A DNA stretch of 64,000 bases from Zygnema circumcarinatum SAG 698-1b (GCA_037447605.1 CM074812.1:62001-126000); one strand, 5' to 3'; positions 14,937 to 27,868 are shown, counted from the stretch's first letter. Notes: a model not told the origin generated them from the letters alone. Program-made: numbers and translations.

Positions 14937-16723
14937 TCAGGTTCCGACTCCAATTGGGTGCCGGGCTTCAGGCAGGCCGCTCGCGATGAACCTGAGGAGG
15001 CTGCGAGGCGTGCCTTGGGCCAAGTTGTGAAACGCATTTTGATGGAAGTCACGCGCTAGCTCGGCACACAGCTGGTCCGCCTGCTCGCACATGCTCCTCA
15101 TGCTTCCAAGCATAGCTTCCATGGCATCCACCTGCTCCCACAGCCCCCCGACCCCCTCAGCTCCAGGTGTTATCAGCGAGGATAAATACTCCCTTCTTTC
15201 CAGCTTTAGTGACGGTGCTAAAATGGAAAAAAATTGAATCAACCAGGGAAAGCAAGACTTCTCGAGGCTCGAGGCTTCACAAGATCGCAAGGGCAGAAGG
15301 CATAGCAAGGCAGTCACTTCAGCTGATCGGATCACCGAAACAGCTTGCCATTTGGAGGCTTCAGAAAGATGTATGCTGAAGGATCACCCCCTACTTCAGT
15401 AAAGGCTTTAAGAGCGGACGGAATCTGGCAAGGGAAACCCAAAAATGAACAAGAACTTCCTAATGGCCGCAAAAGTCTAGAGTACAAATTCTTCCATTGC
15501 AGGTTCCGAGTTGTAAACCTTCCATATCTATTTGGTGCGGGTGATTTTTTCAAAAGTTCCAATCGAATTAACACACAGGATTCGTAAATCTTTCCGTCGA
15601 GGCACGAGCGTTTCCAGTCATTCAGAAAGCATGTAGAACGAGGTACAGCTTTAATGTGATCACGACTCACCTGAATTTCCAGAGTAATTTGTGCTGCAGT
15701 TATGTTCTCTGAGATGCTAGGACCCCCCTCCACATCCTCCCTATCAGACTGTCCAGCTTCCGATGCTCCCACTTCCTCGTCTCTCTCACCACGAGATGCT
15801 TGCTCCATGTTATCCATTGCCCACGTTTCAGCATTCAACCACCGTTCCCATTCTCTATTCTCAGCTTCCAATCGTTCCTTCAGGTATTGAAGTGTTTCCA
15901 TATTCCGTTGCAATTTGCCCGATCTCTGCGGTTTTTGATCCTCTACTTTGATTTCAGAGGAGCGAGGCTCATTAGCTTGCAAAACCGGTACAACTTGATG
16001 CATCCATTCCTTCAGTCTCATTTTGACAGCTCGCCGTTCCTTCTTTCCAGTCTTCAACCTTTGCACTTCATTTTTGCAGATGTTGGTCAAGTAATGCTTC
16101 CACTGGTCGCCATCCGACAGTTCCTTTTCTGAAGAAATAAGCAAGTTCGTTTCCTTTGTCGCTGTTTCTGACCTCTCTATTTCTGAAGCGATTGCTGTAT
16201 CCCCCGCCCTGCCTTCTAGAACTTGCAGCCTGCCACTTCCTTCCGGTTCTGACCTGGTTCCCTTGCGGTTTGGCGCCAACGCAGAAATATCTACTTCGGA
16301 TAACCCTGCTTTACTCGTCAACTTCCCAGCAGCACTCTTCCTACTGCAGGGCCCGTTTACAGTACTGGAGTCCTGAACAGTTACTTCCAGGCAAACACTC
16401 GCTCGGGCCTCCAGCACCAACAAATCTGATCTCCTTCCCTTCAAGCGCCCCACCGCAACCGTTCCAGCAAGCTCCTCTTTTCCCAGGCCCCAATCACACA
16501 CTGCCAGTCCGTTACCCCCAGCGGTCTCCCGACCTCCTAAGACGTAAACATCCTCTACCTCAGGGACGACCTTCCCAAGGCTACCAGCAAAAGACTTTCT
16601 TCCTCCAATACTTAACGACTTCTGCGCCCTATTTTTCTTCAAAGTTCCCTTCTTTATCTTTTTAAAGACACAGCCATTCTCCTCCATCTTCTTCGCCTTC
16701 ACCCGCATCTCCATTTTCCCCAT
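14937..16723 (-). CDS. Probable kinetochore MIS12-complex subunit DSN1/Mis13-like; exons ~16723-15671 and 15131-14937
   Basis: Donor CAG|GTGAGT at 15671 and acceptor GGAGCAG|GTG at 15131. N-terminal EENGCVFKK and basic RKSF motifs, a central coiled coil, and C-terminal LEIQVDAMEAMLGSMRSMCEQADQ...DFHQNAF...TPRSLLR resemble Mis13/Dsn1. An MSA element lies upstream. Confidence 0.5.
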
Positions 16724-16902
16724 CCTGTCCCCCCACCCAAAACTAAAGCGCCTGCAGCGACAACGAGGCGAGCAGCGAGGGAGAGCAGAGCGGCAGCGGC
16801 AGCAGCAAGGGGAGGCGGAGGGAGGGAAGGAGAGGGCGGGAGGGCGGCAGCGCGTCTCGCAGAAGCGCGAAGGAGGTCGACCCGCGGAAGGCGGAGGCGG
16901 GC

Positions 16903-16913
16903 CCCAACGGTCA
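16903..16913. promoter_or_regulatory. MSA (mitosis-specific activator, 3R-MYB site) CCCAACGGTCA
   Basis: Exact match to YCYAACGGYYA about 180 bp upstream of the DSN1-like ATG. A second AACGG core lies at 16963-16967. Confidence 0.55.
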
Positions 16914-17108
16914 CAGGCGGCCCGCCACTCCATGTGCGCGTGCCCCGTTCAGTTCGTAGAGTAACGGTAACGTGACGGCGCCCCGAGAGTAGACCATGCG
17001 ACGCGGAATACGCGGAGCCAATGGCCTGCACGCTCCGCATGTGTGAAACTGGAGGTGTAGGTGTGCCGTACGCTCGCGTCCGTCGCGGTTCTGACCGACG
17101 TGTGCTTT

Positions 17109-17126
17109 CCGTACAACATTGTACGG
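17109..17126. promoter_or_regulatory. Inverted pair of SBP-box sites CCGTACAA-CA-TTGTACGG
   Basis: Perfect inverted repeat of the SBP consensus core, upstream of the DSN1-like gene. Confidence 0.45.
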
Positions 17127-17472
17127 ACAGTGAGAGGTCGGTGCTGTTCAGAATCGCACAGAAAGTTTTGCCTTGTGAGCTTTGGTTGCGAGGGCGAGGG
17201 CGTGTTGAGGGGGGTCAGTGCTCCGATCGGTGCAGACAGGAATGGGGCGGACAATAATGGAGTGACTGACTGATTATCTGCGGCGACCCGTCCAACCAAC
17301 CAACCAACAATTCCATTGCTGTGCAATTCCTTCATTTTTCCGTGCTGCGCTGCCATTCTAGAGGCTGCCAGTCTGCCGGTCAGCCCTCTACAAGCTGGCC
17401 ATGGTCTAGGACCTGCGAGGCATGGCATGGCATGGCATGGGATGGGATGGAGCTTTCTCCCCCTTGGGAGCC

Positions 17473-20400
17473 TCAAGGAGCGCTTTTGAAGCTGCGTCCG
17501 CCCATGGCGCTGATCCTTTCAGAGAGGCGGCACGGCAGACTGTCCAGACTCAGCGCTCGCACTCGCCCGAAGTGGCCCATCACTCCGCATCTCCGCCACG
17601 CGAAGTAGTTCATGTACGCCACTGCATGCACAGCACCCCCTCCGCCATCCACTGAGCCAACTTGATAGGAAAAACCATTTCATAACTGCTGCCGCCTCGA
17701 CCCGCCATCGAGTCGCAAAGCAACAACCAATCATCACCGGTCTACAGAATGCATGCCATACATGGCATGGCACGTTCAGAGTCTCATGTGATGATCGGAT
17801 CAAGCTGTACTCTGACAGAGAAAGAATAGGTGTTATGAACCTTATCGCCTTCTTCACTTTGTGTGCTTTTCAACCTTGATGGCCGACTGGTGCTGCATAC
17901 GAAGCATGCAAGAAAGGATAGCTTACCAGGATCCTCATGGAGCTGCAGGATATACGACACAAGGTCCTCCGTCGAGTTGAAGCTGTCACCGTTTATGTAT
18001 GACTCTGGGGGCACAAAATTATCTACATCCGGCGCACCATAGTATATGGGAACAGATCCTGCCAGAGAAAGGCCGCATGCATATTAGAAGAACCCTTCAT
18101 ACATTCTCCTGATCACCTTTCCAAACATCCGCAATGTTCTCTATTCGCTGTCCATAGCCAATATCCGAAAAAAATTGGCAGGCCCAACTCTGCAGCTTGG
18201 AGACGTTTAGTGACTGAATGAAACTGACTCGCCTGCTTCCAATGCAGAGAAAATCTTCTCCGTCACGTATGCTGGAAGGCGAGCGTTCTCCATAGTGAGC
18301 ACAAACTTATAGTGCGACATCACACAATGGCCAGTTTCTTGCCACTCCAAGTTTGGACCTCTGCAAAATGCAATGCCCCGTTTCGTACTACGGGTAAGCG
18401 CGATGACCAGCAGGTGCACTCACTCAGTGATTTCTGTCCAGCTGTCGTGGACAAACAAGACTGTGTTTGGTCTGAACCGATTGAGGCCGCAAACAAGCTG
18501 GCCATCATGTCCTGAAAATCTTCACGTACTGCATGTTTTCCAAACGAAAAAAGCGCGTTTCTTCTGATCCTCGCTCTTCCAACTCTTCTCAGCACACTTT
18601 CTTCGTCGTCACAAGCTCCCTCCCCATCACCCTCTCCTTCTCTCCTCCCCTTTCCGTTGCCTTTCCCACACTCTATCTCCCAACCCCCTCCCACTCTATC
18701 TCCATTAGACTTTCCCTTAACCTGCCTTCAAGCCTCCTATGCAACCGCACCTTTCTGCTTATCGGCCTTCGCTGATTTCATACGTTACTCTGTATGCAAT
18801 GTACTCGGCGTTAACTCGATACGTTTGAGAAATGCAAGTTCAGGCATGCAGGCGTCACCTTGTCCCCGGCATGTAGCGGCAGTGGGGGTAGAATGTGAGC
18901 TCGCGGCCTCTCCCCCCCACGTTGTTTTGGCACCCTCCGAAGCTGTGATGCGGGACCCGCTCCATGATCACCTCCGCGATGGCGTTCCGCCAACTCGCCT
19001 CGCAGTTGGAGGTGGCGCGGAAGAGCAGCACGTCCTGCAGGAATCGCCGCCGCTGTCAGTGTGAGGCAAGGCCACCTGCCAGCGCCTACTGTCAAGAGGC
19101 AACTTTCAACAGAACCAGCAGAGCCGCTTGCTGAAGCAAAAATACCACAACATAACTGGGGATAGACGAAAAGTTACAGATTTAAGCCACACACTATGAA
19201 GCGTGTGTTTTTGGATGAAACATAGACGGTGAGTATCTTCAAAATATGCAATGACTAGGCTGCCACCCACTCCCCCAAACACGTGTGCCCCTGTCTTCCT
19301 ACCTGTCGTTTATATGGGGATAAATAGTGTTGACGGCTTTCCCGTGGACGAGCATATGTACTCTGTACGTCCTTGTCTGGCCCATAGCCGATGCCAATAT
19401 CCGCTTTCCGCAGAGAATTATTCCACGGAGATGGCTCCACACTGAAGTACACACGCAGCGGGTCCCCTTGCTCGCGTGTCTGAGGGGGATAGCGCGACTC
19501 CACGTACAGCTCAGCATCAGGGCGATCTGCCGTGACTCTCGACCATGACAACTGTATGGCCCGACAGAAATCATAGCAGAGAGATAGCATTTTAGCAGTC
19601 CGCAGACCATGCATGACATCTTTCAAAGGAAAGCGGACAAAGAAGAAGAAGCGGAATACAGAGGGAGCTCCAAAGTTAGGATATTTAAGTCAGCCTCTCC
19701 TTTGACTAACGATAAAGGAATTCAAGCACAAATAAGGAGCAGAGCAGCAAAAGGGAACAGAAAACACGGAAGTAAGCCCTTCGTTATTGAGACAAATGAG
19801 GAGGCATAAAGAAGACACAGAACTACCACAACACCATTCAGTATCCATAGTGAACGATGGAGCAGAAAAGAAATAGATGACACCGGCACTTCCTTATCTT
19901 CCTTATACATGCTATCCATAACATGAAGTTACCGGGAAAGGGAACGCCACCTGACACGTGATGCCGCAGCGAGGGCACATGTGGAAGCCTTCCATCCAGT
20001 TGGGGAGCAGCCAAGCGGGGCCTGCCACATAAATGGACGCATGCTGCTGCTGGAGATCACTGCAGCTGGGCTCATTCCAATCCTGCCATAACAGGTATCC
20101 TGGCATGAACACATATCAGGCTTGTAAGGGTTTTGACTGGACATCAATTGAATCGCCACGCACTCCTTCTGAGGCGGCTTTGGATATACTAACACTTTAA
20201 CCCTATGCCAGGGTTCCCTACATTCAAGAGTTCACACCATTCTTTTGAAGTGTCGGCATGCTAACTCGGCAGCACTTATTCCTTATTCCTGATCAGCCCA
20301 TGGATTCTTGACAATCCAAGTAACCTGCTGACCTTAAAACTAGGGCTAGAAGGCCATGTGTCCGGCCCCCCTTTGCTGTACAGGTCGAGGAGATCCTTGT

Positions 20401-21227
20401 GTTTCTCCCGAAATGCATCACAGCCAACCTGCTCATCCCAAAATCTGCTGGTGCAGCTACTTGTCAGATTGGGGCTTAACAGGAGAAAATGGGCCACAAT
20501 AAAGGATCGAACGACATAAAAGTAGTAGACGAGGCTATAAATTTGAGTAAGGAACGGAAAGTTCTGTTCGACGCCATGAATTGTAACATGTCCTTTGCTA
20601 CGAAATCCGATTCACTCTTTATAACAGTCTGCCAGTTACTTGAAGGTTTTCCACTTAGAGAATTTCCAAGACAACAATGTATCGCTTAAACGGAAAGTGC
20701 GTGAGATTATACGAAGACTCAAGTAGCGTTTCATGGGAGACTCGGAGTTTAACGACCTCACAAGGCTGACGGAGCTCCACGTTTCCGTAAATGGCTAAAA
20801 CAAGCAACGAAGGTTTCTGTAGACTAAAAACGACTACAACTTTTGGGACGACTCAAAAGACTCACATATGTTGAAGCGGTAAAATATCTTCTCCATACTT
20901 TCTGACACCAAGGTTTGCATCTCACTTGGCAGCCTCCCGCATAAAGAATGATCCATTCGGCGCAACAAGTCGGTTGATTTTTGCCATAGTGATTGAGCGC
21001 TTGGATGCTCCTCCTTGAAGAGCAGAAGCTGAGAACCCCTCCTTTCTACCTCTTAAGCCGCCAATGGACAATGCGAAGGCCAGTCTGAAGACGATGCCAA
21101 CAGAGGCCAAGAAGACGACCATCGCAAAGCAGAACAACACTAAAGCAGACCTGGTCGGGCGGCCCTGCACAGACCAGGCAGGGCCCCGTATCGAGCGATG
21201 GGCCATCTTACTCAAGTAGAAAGACAT
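17473..21227 (-). CDS. FUT13: Alpha-1,4-fucosyltransferase (GT10, FUT13/FucTC-type), multi-exon type II membrane protein
   Basis: N-terminal TM segment (LVLFCFAMVVFLASVGIVF); WDEQVGCDAFREKH; CPRCGITC; GDPLRVYFSVE; GT10 motif HYKFVLTMENARLPAYVTEKIFSALEAG; SVPIYYGAP; C-terminal YFAWRRCGVMGHFGRVRALSLDSLPCRLSERISAMGG, typical of the plant alpha-1,4 subfamily. Stop TGA at 17473-17475. Start is 21227 or 21206. Confidence 0.88.
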
Positions 21228-22236
21228 GAACCTGCAGCAGAAGCAAGTCAACCGATTAAATGCTGTTGAGCATTCCTCAATGATCCATATTTCCAGAGAA
21301 TTAGCAGCCACATGACGTGAAGAGCATGAGAGACTCACTTCTCGGGAAAAGTGATGTCGAAATTCGAGAGGTGGCTAACTTTGTTGAAAGGAGGATGCTT
21401 TCAGCGTGGAGCTCGTTCGAGTCGACCCTCGCCCAAAAAGACGTCCCCAAAGCCATAGCTGGCGCAAGAACAGCGCACTGCCCTCCCTCCCTCCCTCAGG
21501 CTCAGGAGCATCGGCACAGCAGAAGCGGTTCGGCGGGGAGTCACGAGAGGCCGCTGCACACAGGCAGAGCCCGAGGGCCGCCCATGCTTCCCTCAGCCAT
21601 GCTTTCCTCGCCCCTCACGAAAAGCAGCGCACGAGTGAGCCAAAGAGCGACGGCGAGGGCCTCGGTAAAGTGTGCAGGTCGGGGAGCTTCCTCCATAAAG
21701 TAAACTTCTTTATCGAGGGACATTTTCCCCGCCTCCACGCACATCACATCACATCACATGAAGTACATTTCCGTCTCTTTGTCCTTCGGTCCTTTGTGGC
21801 CGATTCCTTTGGTTCCCCAAGTTGATTTTGTCCATGTACATTTGATGGCCTTGGCATCGCGAGATCAATGCTACTTTCCTTCATCACATGCCAACTTTGA
21901 GACTGTCCTACAAAGACTATCCTACTATGCCACACCTTTCCCTTTGTCCTGCAAGGCAAAGAAGACTTGTGAATGTCCTCCATAGCTGGAATACCGTAGT
22001 CTCCCTCCCTCCCACCGGGGGGGGGGGGGGTGTCCATCAGCCCATTCCCGTGCTCCAAACAAGAGGCAAATAAGGCACGGCTTGGTGATTGACCCAAGCA
22101 CTCATTGCCAGGGGTGCCAACCATTGGATTCAACGGCCGCCAACCATTGAGAAGGGCCGGCCGACTCCTGCCGCCAGCCAGCTTCAAGCGCGCTGACCTG
22201 GACGACTTGACGACACATGACGGCCAAACAGTGGTC

Positions 22237-22412
22237 CACGTGTCAACGACGCCCGTCCGTACAGCCCCGGTCTGGGCCCGTTCCCTGCAGCCCTCGCGGC
22301 CGAGCTGGCAGGGGGGCGCTGCTCACTAGGCGACACGTGGCACCCTCCTCTGCGCTTCCGGGGGACACGTGGCAGCCTGAGCACGTGCCAGCTGGACCCC
22401 GCTACCTACGTG
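22237..22412. promoter_or_regulatory. G-box/ABRE cluster in the FUT13 / E2 divergent intergenic region
   Basis: CACGTG at 22237, 22334, 22366 and 22382 (two as GACACGTGGC) plus TACGTG at 22407. Confidence 0.5.
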
Positions 22413-22431
22413 GGTGGCTGCTGGCGGCCCG

Positions 22432-25400
22432 ATGGGCCCGGGCATAGGCCGGACTCTGCTCGCGGCCGCAGCACGGAGGAGGGGCCTGGCGCGAGCCTCC
22501 TCGGCGGCTTTCTCGCGGCTGGCATGCGGAGGGGCCGTGGGGGGCGGCCAAGAGAGAAGGTATGCGGCCCCCCTCCTCCTCCTGTGTACCCTCCCTCTAC
22601 TCTCTCAGCCCCTCTCTCCCCTCTTCTGGCTCTTTCCTCTTTCCATTCCTATCTCTCTTCGTCGTGTGCTTTGTTTCTCGCACTTTCCCCATACTTTCCT
22701 CCTCGTCCTTACCCTTCCTCCCTTTCCGTCGACCCCTCTCACTTTTTCTTCCTTTTAATGCGTTCCGAAAACGTCTCTATTAATCGTATATCACTTGCAC
22801 GTATTCTACAGCAAAATGGAATGCAGCGCTATGTTTTGCTGCAATAACAGTGTAGATCAGAAGTCCGGGCACTTGTAAATGCATCTTCAGATAATGAATT
22901 GCGTTGTCTGAGTTCAGACAGGTGCTTCTATACAATGCAGCGGTTCCTGCGCAGCCCCTCATTGGCCAATGCAAGACACTGGTATGCTTCTGATGCTGCT
23001 TCAGAAATCAATCTTTAAAGGGAAAAAAACTCCCTTTTTTTAATGGCCATTGTGATTCCGATGTTCAAGCAAAGTCTTGCAGTGTCCACTTTTAGTATGT
23101 GTGATGCATGTCCTTTAAAGTTACTCACGGTATGGTTAGGTCTTGCTGCACAGATCCCTCTCGGCGCAAGGGGCTTTGCTTCTGATGGTGAGCAAAGCGG
23201 CCAATTCCTGTCAGACAATGAAGTGGAAAAATACCAGTGTTGCATGCTCAGTACATTTTTTGGAGGCTGTCTTCTTGGCTGCTTACTATTGCAGTAGTTT
23301 AAGAGTCTCAATAAATCCAAATTCAAATTCTTCTGCTACCTAACTTGCGGTCTTAGCGTGGCTTTTTTAAAACACAAAACCTACACAAACTGCTGGTTCC
23401 TTTGCTGGCGATATCAGTGCTTGTGTGCTGACAGACAATGGCGTGATCACAGGCTTCCCGGACCACGAAGTCTTCACCATGCCCCTCCTTTCTCCCACCA
23501 TGGTTTGTCTCCTTCTTTGTTCCTTCCAGCTTGTAGAGCGAAATTTTATGGGCAGCGATGGCAGCACTCGCATGCATTCAAAGAGCAGAGTCGTGTCGAG
23601 TGCTCAGTCTTTCTCGTTCTACTTGAACGCATGTGAAGAATTGCAGGAGCGGCAAGCTCATTTATTTCTGACTCTCGGAGTTCTAGAGGTTCACAGCTGA
23701 AATAGGAGTTGTAGTAAAGTCCTCTGAAATGCAAGGACTGGTTGGAATACAGACTCATGGCAACTTGGTGGAGTGGAAGAAGAACGAGGGGGACAAGGTG
23801 AACTTCAGGAACCATGACTAGATAGAAGAGATTTACTTATGTTGGAGTCAAGTACAAGTGCTCTTTAGCCTGTGAATAGGTTCTCATCTACTCAAGTAAC
23901 AGAAGAAACGTTGCGCGTGCTCAAACTTCACACTTCACGTTCTTTGAGCTAAAATCAAGTTCCAGTTGAAAGCTTTTGACTGGATTTCAGAATGGCAGCC
24001 TGTCCTATCTAAGGAGGAGCAGCTGAAACCAGTATTGTATCTTGCAATCTCCAGCGCCTAGCAAGTTATAGGGAAGGTTTTCGGGGAATGTGGCCCCAAC
24101 CCTTAAGTCTGCAGAGAGCGGGCGGGCGGCGCTGCGGGGACAGGTGGCGGCTGGGGACGTTGTGTGCATCGTTGAGACCGACAAGGCCACGCTCGAGAAT
24201 GTGTCGCAGGAAGAGGGGTGAGTTGCTACCTCGGTGGGAGAGACTGAGGGTGGGGAGAGGGAGGAGACTGGTGAGAGAGGAAGGGAGGAGAGAGATTGAG
24301 GGGAGGGAAGCTTGAGAGAGGGGAAAGAAGGGGGCGAGAATTTGACCGGAGTCATTCTAAGAGGTCTCACGATGAGCAGGAGTGGAAGTCAGTGAAGTTA
24401 TGGCGAATTTGAGTGTACTCTAGAATGGCGCCCGTAAAACCCCTTCCCTTAAAAGCCTAAATCACCCCATGGAACGTGTGTAGTGCAAGAGCAAGATAAG
24501 GGGTCCACAAATGCCAACTTGCAGGGATGAAGGTTGAACATTATTTTGTGTCAAACCTTTGTAATTCCTTGTCGTATATGAGTTTCTTTCCACGCTTGCA
24601 GATTTTTGGCAAAGATTTTACTTCAAGCTGGACCAGATGCCAGGGACATACCTGTTGGCACCCCGATTGCAATTCTGGTCGGTTCCTCCAACTTGCTCGC
24701 GTGGCTGCATCATGTGTTGACTCGAGGACAAGGAATCGACATCCTGATGCTTGAAAACCGCATACTCAAATTCTTGAAACAAACCTCAAACTGCTCAAAC
24801 TCCCCTTCCTTTGGCGCGCAGGCTGAGAGTGCTGACGACGTGCCAAAATTTGCAAGCTACACCTCGCAAGGGGGTGCTCCTGCCTCTTCTTCCAAACCTG
24901 ATCAAGAAGCCTCTCCCTCTCCGACTCCGTCTCCTGCTCCCTCTCCCTCGCCTCCCCCTCTGTCTGGCCCTCCGCCGACCCATTTGGGCCCTTCTGTAAA
25001 ACGCCTTCTCCAGGAGAGCGGCATCGACCCGAGAAGCCTTACAGGGAGTGGGCCCCATGGCTACATATTGAAGGGAGATGTGTTGGCAGCCATGGAGGCA
25101 GGGGCCACGGCAGCTCCTCCTACGCCCTCCCCCCCTCCCCCCCCTCCCCCCCCTCCTCCTACGCCTGCAGCTCCGAAACCCCCCAAGAAGGCAGCGTCCA
25201 GCACTCCCGTAGCTCCTCCGTCGCAGGGGATGTATGAAGATGTGCCAAATAGCCAGATTCGAAAGGTGAAGGCCATTACCTAGAAAAACCTTGAAAGCTT
25301 GGCAGTCTGTCCACGCTTCCTCCGTACAGTCTCCACGTTTTCTGTTTCGTTGTGCAGTGCGCGTATTGGTTCCTGCGGCCATTCGAAATGCTAATATTTT

Positions 25401-27868
25401 GCAGGCAGCTTAGCCAATCAGGGGGGAAGACAGGAGAGTTTTTAAGATGCAGATATCTAGATTTCGTGGTTGCAACAGCTATCTCTGAAAAGTACCATGT
25501 CTAAATGATGTATTTTACAGATTATCGCCAAGCGGCTTCTGGAATCGAAGACTGGGACCCCACATTCTTATGCTTCTGCAGGTGCTGCCACTTTGTAGCT
25601 TTCCTGGCTAAATGCACCAATCCTGATGAGCAACGTCTGTGAGTTTAGGATTCTTGATCTCTGATCAGCTCGTGTCTCGAAAACCCAGAAAGCCCTAAAG
25701 CTTCAAAGTGTTGGTACTGCAGAGGCTGTCATCGACGCGACGTTGGCCTTGCGAAAGAATCTCAAAGGTGAGCTTTGAGGTCAGTTTTGTGTAGGAGCAT
25801 CTCTCCTCAAACCGTGCTGCGACAATCCGCCCATATGCAGCGGTGGCTCAGCTTTCTCCTTACATCCATTGTTGAATGCGCAAGTATCAAGAACGCTCTT
25901 CCGTAGAACTGGATGCTGCGGATCTATGCAGCTCCGTTTGCCTGCTCGCGCATTCAGAGGGCTTTCCGTCGCCGCAGAAGCTGAAGTCGCAGTGCGGGCG
26001 GGGCTGCAGAGCAGCACGGAACGGCGTTGTCCGTAAACGACTTCGTGGTGAAGGCGGTGGCCATGGCGCTCAAAGAGGTCGCCCAAGCCAATGGTGCGCG
26101 GCTGCTTGGGGGGGAGGGGAGGGCGGGGGGGGGGGGAGAGATGGGGGGGTCATAGGGAGAGGGAGAGTGTGGGGACAGGAAGAGTGGGGGACAGAGTAGG
26201 AGAAGTTGACGAGGCGAGAGGGGGAGGAGGGCAAAGGATGGTGGGAAAGGGGGAAGGGATGGGGGAGGAGGGAGGGGGGAAGGGGCGAGGGGAAGTGGGA
26301 GTCGTGTAGCAATAGGGGAGGGATAGGGAAATAAAGGGGGTAGAGAGAAGGAGATGAAGGAAACGAGAAAAGAGGTGGGGGGAAAGACCAATGGCATAGT
26401 TTTGTGCTAAACCTCTTCAATGGCATCGGGACGATGTTTGTTTCTGCCCCGTTTCAGCATTTTTTGATGAGAACACGGGAGAAGTGAAACTCAACAGCAG
26501 TGTTGATGTGGCTGTGGCTGTTGCGACGGATCGAGTAAGCATCACTTTTGGAGCAACTGCTTCTCCCCCACTCCCTAAATGTGAAGTCATTGCCATGCTT
26601 TTGAACGAGATAAAATGCTTGCGCTAGGCCTCCGTCCTTTCTAGGTTTGTGAAAGCTTCAGCTTTAGCTGAAACCTTGCCGATGCCTTTCTCATCCGCAG
26701 GGCCTGATGACGCCCATAGTGAAGAACGCCGACAGCAAGTCCCTGGCCGCGATCTCCGCGGAGGTGAGCAGTCAGCCCTGCCCCCCCCTCCCTCCCTCCC
26801 TCCCTCCCTCNNNNNNNNNNTCCCTCCCTCCCTCCCTTCCTCCCTCCCCCCGCTCGCCCGCACTCGTGCCAAGGGGCTCCCACCTGGGGCTGCAGGTGAA
26901 ATCACTCGCGGAAAGGGCGCGAGCAGGAAAACTGAAGCCGGATGAGTTCCAAGGAGGAACCTTCAGGTACTGGGCCTCGCATCCTAGCAATGAACGGAGA
27001 GATGCAGGGAGTGAGGGAGAGAGAAAGTAAGAAAGAGAGCTTGTGCAATGATGTCCTTGGTTGCTTCAGTTTAAGGATAGGTACGTCAACGATCTCCTCC
27101 AATTCTCCCTCTCCCTCCCTCTCCCGATCTCTCTCTCCCTCCCCACTCAGTAAGCAACAATCGTGGGGCTAATGTGGTGGCAGCATCTCCAACCTTGGCA
27201 TGTACCCTGTCGATCGGTTCAATGCCATCATCAATCCTCCGCAGGTGCTGCTCTGAAGCTCAACCCCGGATCACGCATGCATCAGTGGCTCTTTTTTATC
27301 TCTACAAGTTGCAGAAGAGTGAGGGATGCTCCTGCTGCAGCTGAGCTAACGTGATGGCGGGCATATGCAGGCGGGAATTTTGGCGATTGGACGCGGGAAT
27401 AAGGTGGTGGTATGGCAAGAGGATGCAGACGGTGAGCTCTCATCTGCCTGGAAGCGTGTAATGGCTTCGGGGTTGTAGGAACCGCATTGTATGGAAACCA
27501 AGCAGCAGACTTGGGATTCTCGTTTCTTTTGTTGCGTCGTTGGGCAAACACTGGCTTCATGCAGGGCCTCTTCAGCTGACTCTGCTGCATTTGCGTCCTC
27601 CTCTGAGCAGGCACAGGAAAGCCTGTGACAGTGACTAAAATGGAAGTGACCCTATCCGCTGATCAGAGAGTGTTGGATGGAGACGTGGCGGGTGAGTGCA
27701 AGCAACCAGAGGCTTCTTTATGCTCGAATCTGACCTTGGCAGTTTGGGAAGTTCTCAATCTATGAGTTGGGGATTGACTTGTTTGGCCTTGTGCGTGTCT
27801 GTTCTTCAGGTGCCTTTTTGGAGGCAGTCACTTCGAAGCTCGCAGATCCGCGGAGCCTGTTGTTGTGA
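22432..27868 (+). CDS. Mitochondrial pyruvate dehydrogenase E2-like (dihydrolipoyllysine acetyltransferase family, LTA3-like); one lipoyl domain; catalytic His replaced by Gln
   Basis: Arg/Ala-rich transit peptide; MPLLSPTM|THGNLVEWKKNEGDK|VAAGDVVCIVETDKAT (lipoyl Lys); subunit-binding domain GPSVKRLL...TGSGPHGYILKGDV; core domain GKLKPDEFQGGTFSISNLGM...INPPQ...TLSADQRVLDG...DPRSLLL*. Confidence 0.92.

Noticed and set aside
15332-16933. 533-aa ORF as a single-exon gene
   Set aside because: The N-terminal ~70 aa are CT/GC-rich leader-like sequence, and the tail after the GTGAGT donor at 15670 is intron.
21214-21456. Possible spliced uORF overlapping the FUT13 start
   Set aside because: Depends on an unverified TSS and 5' UTR exon; no conservation evidence available.
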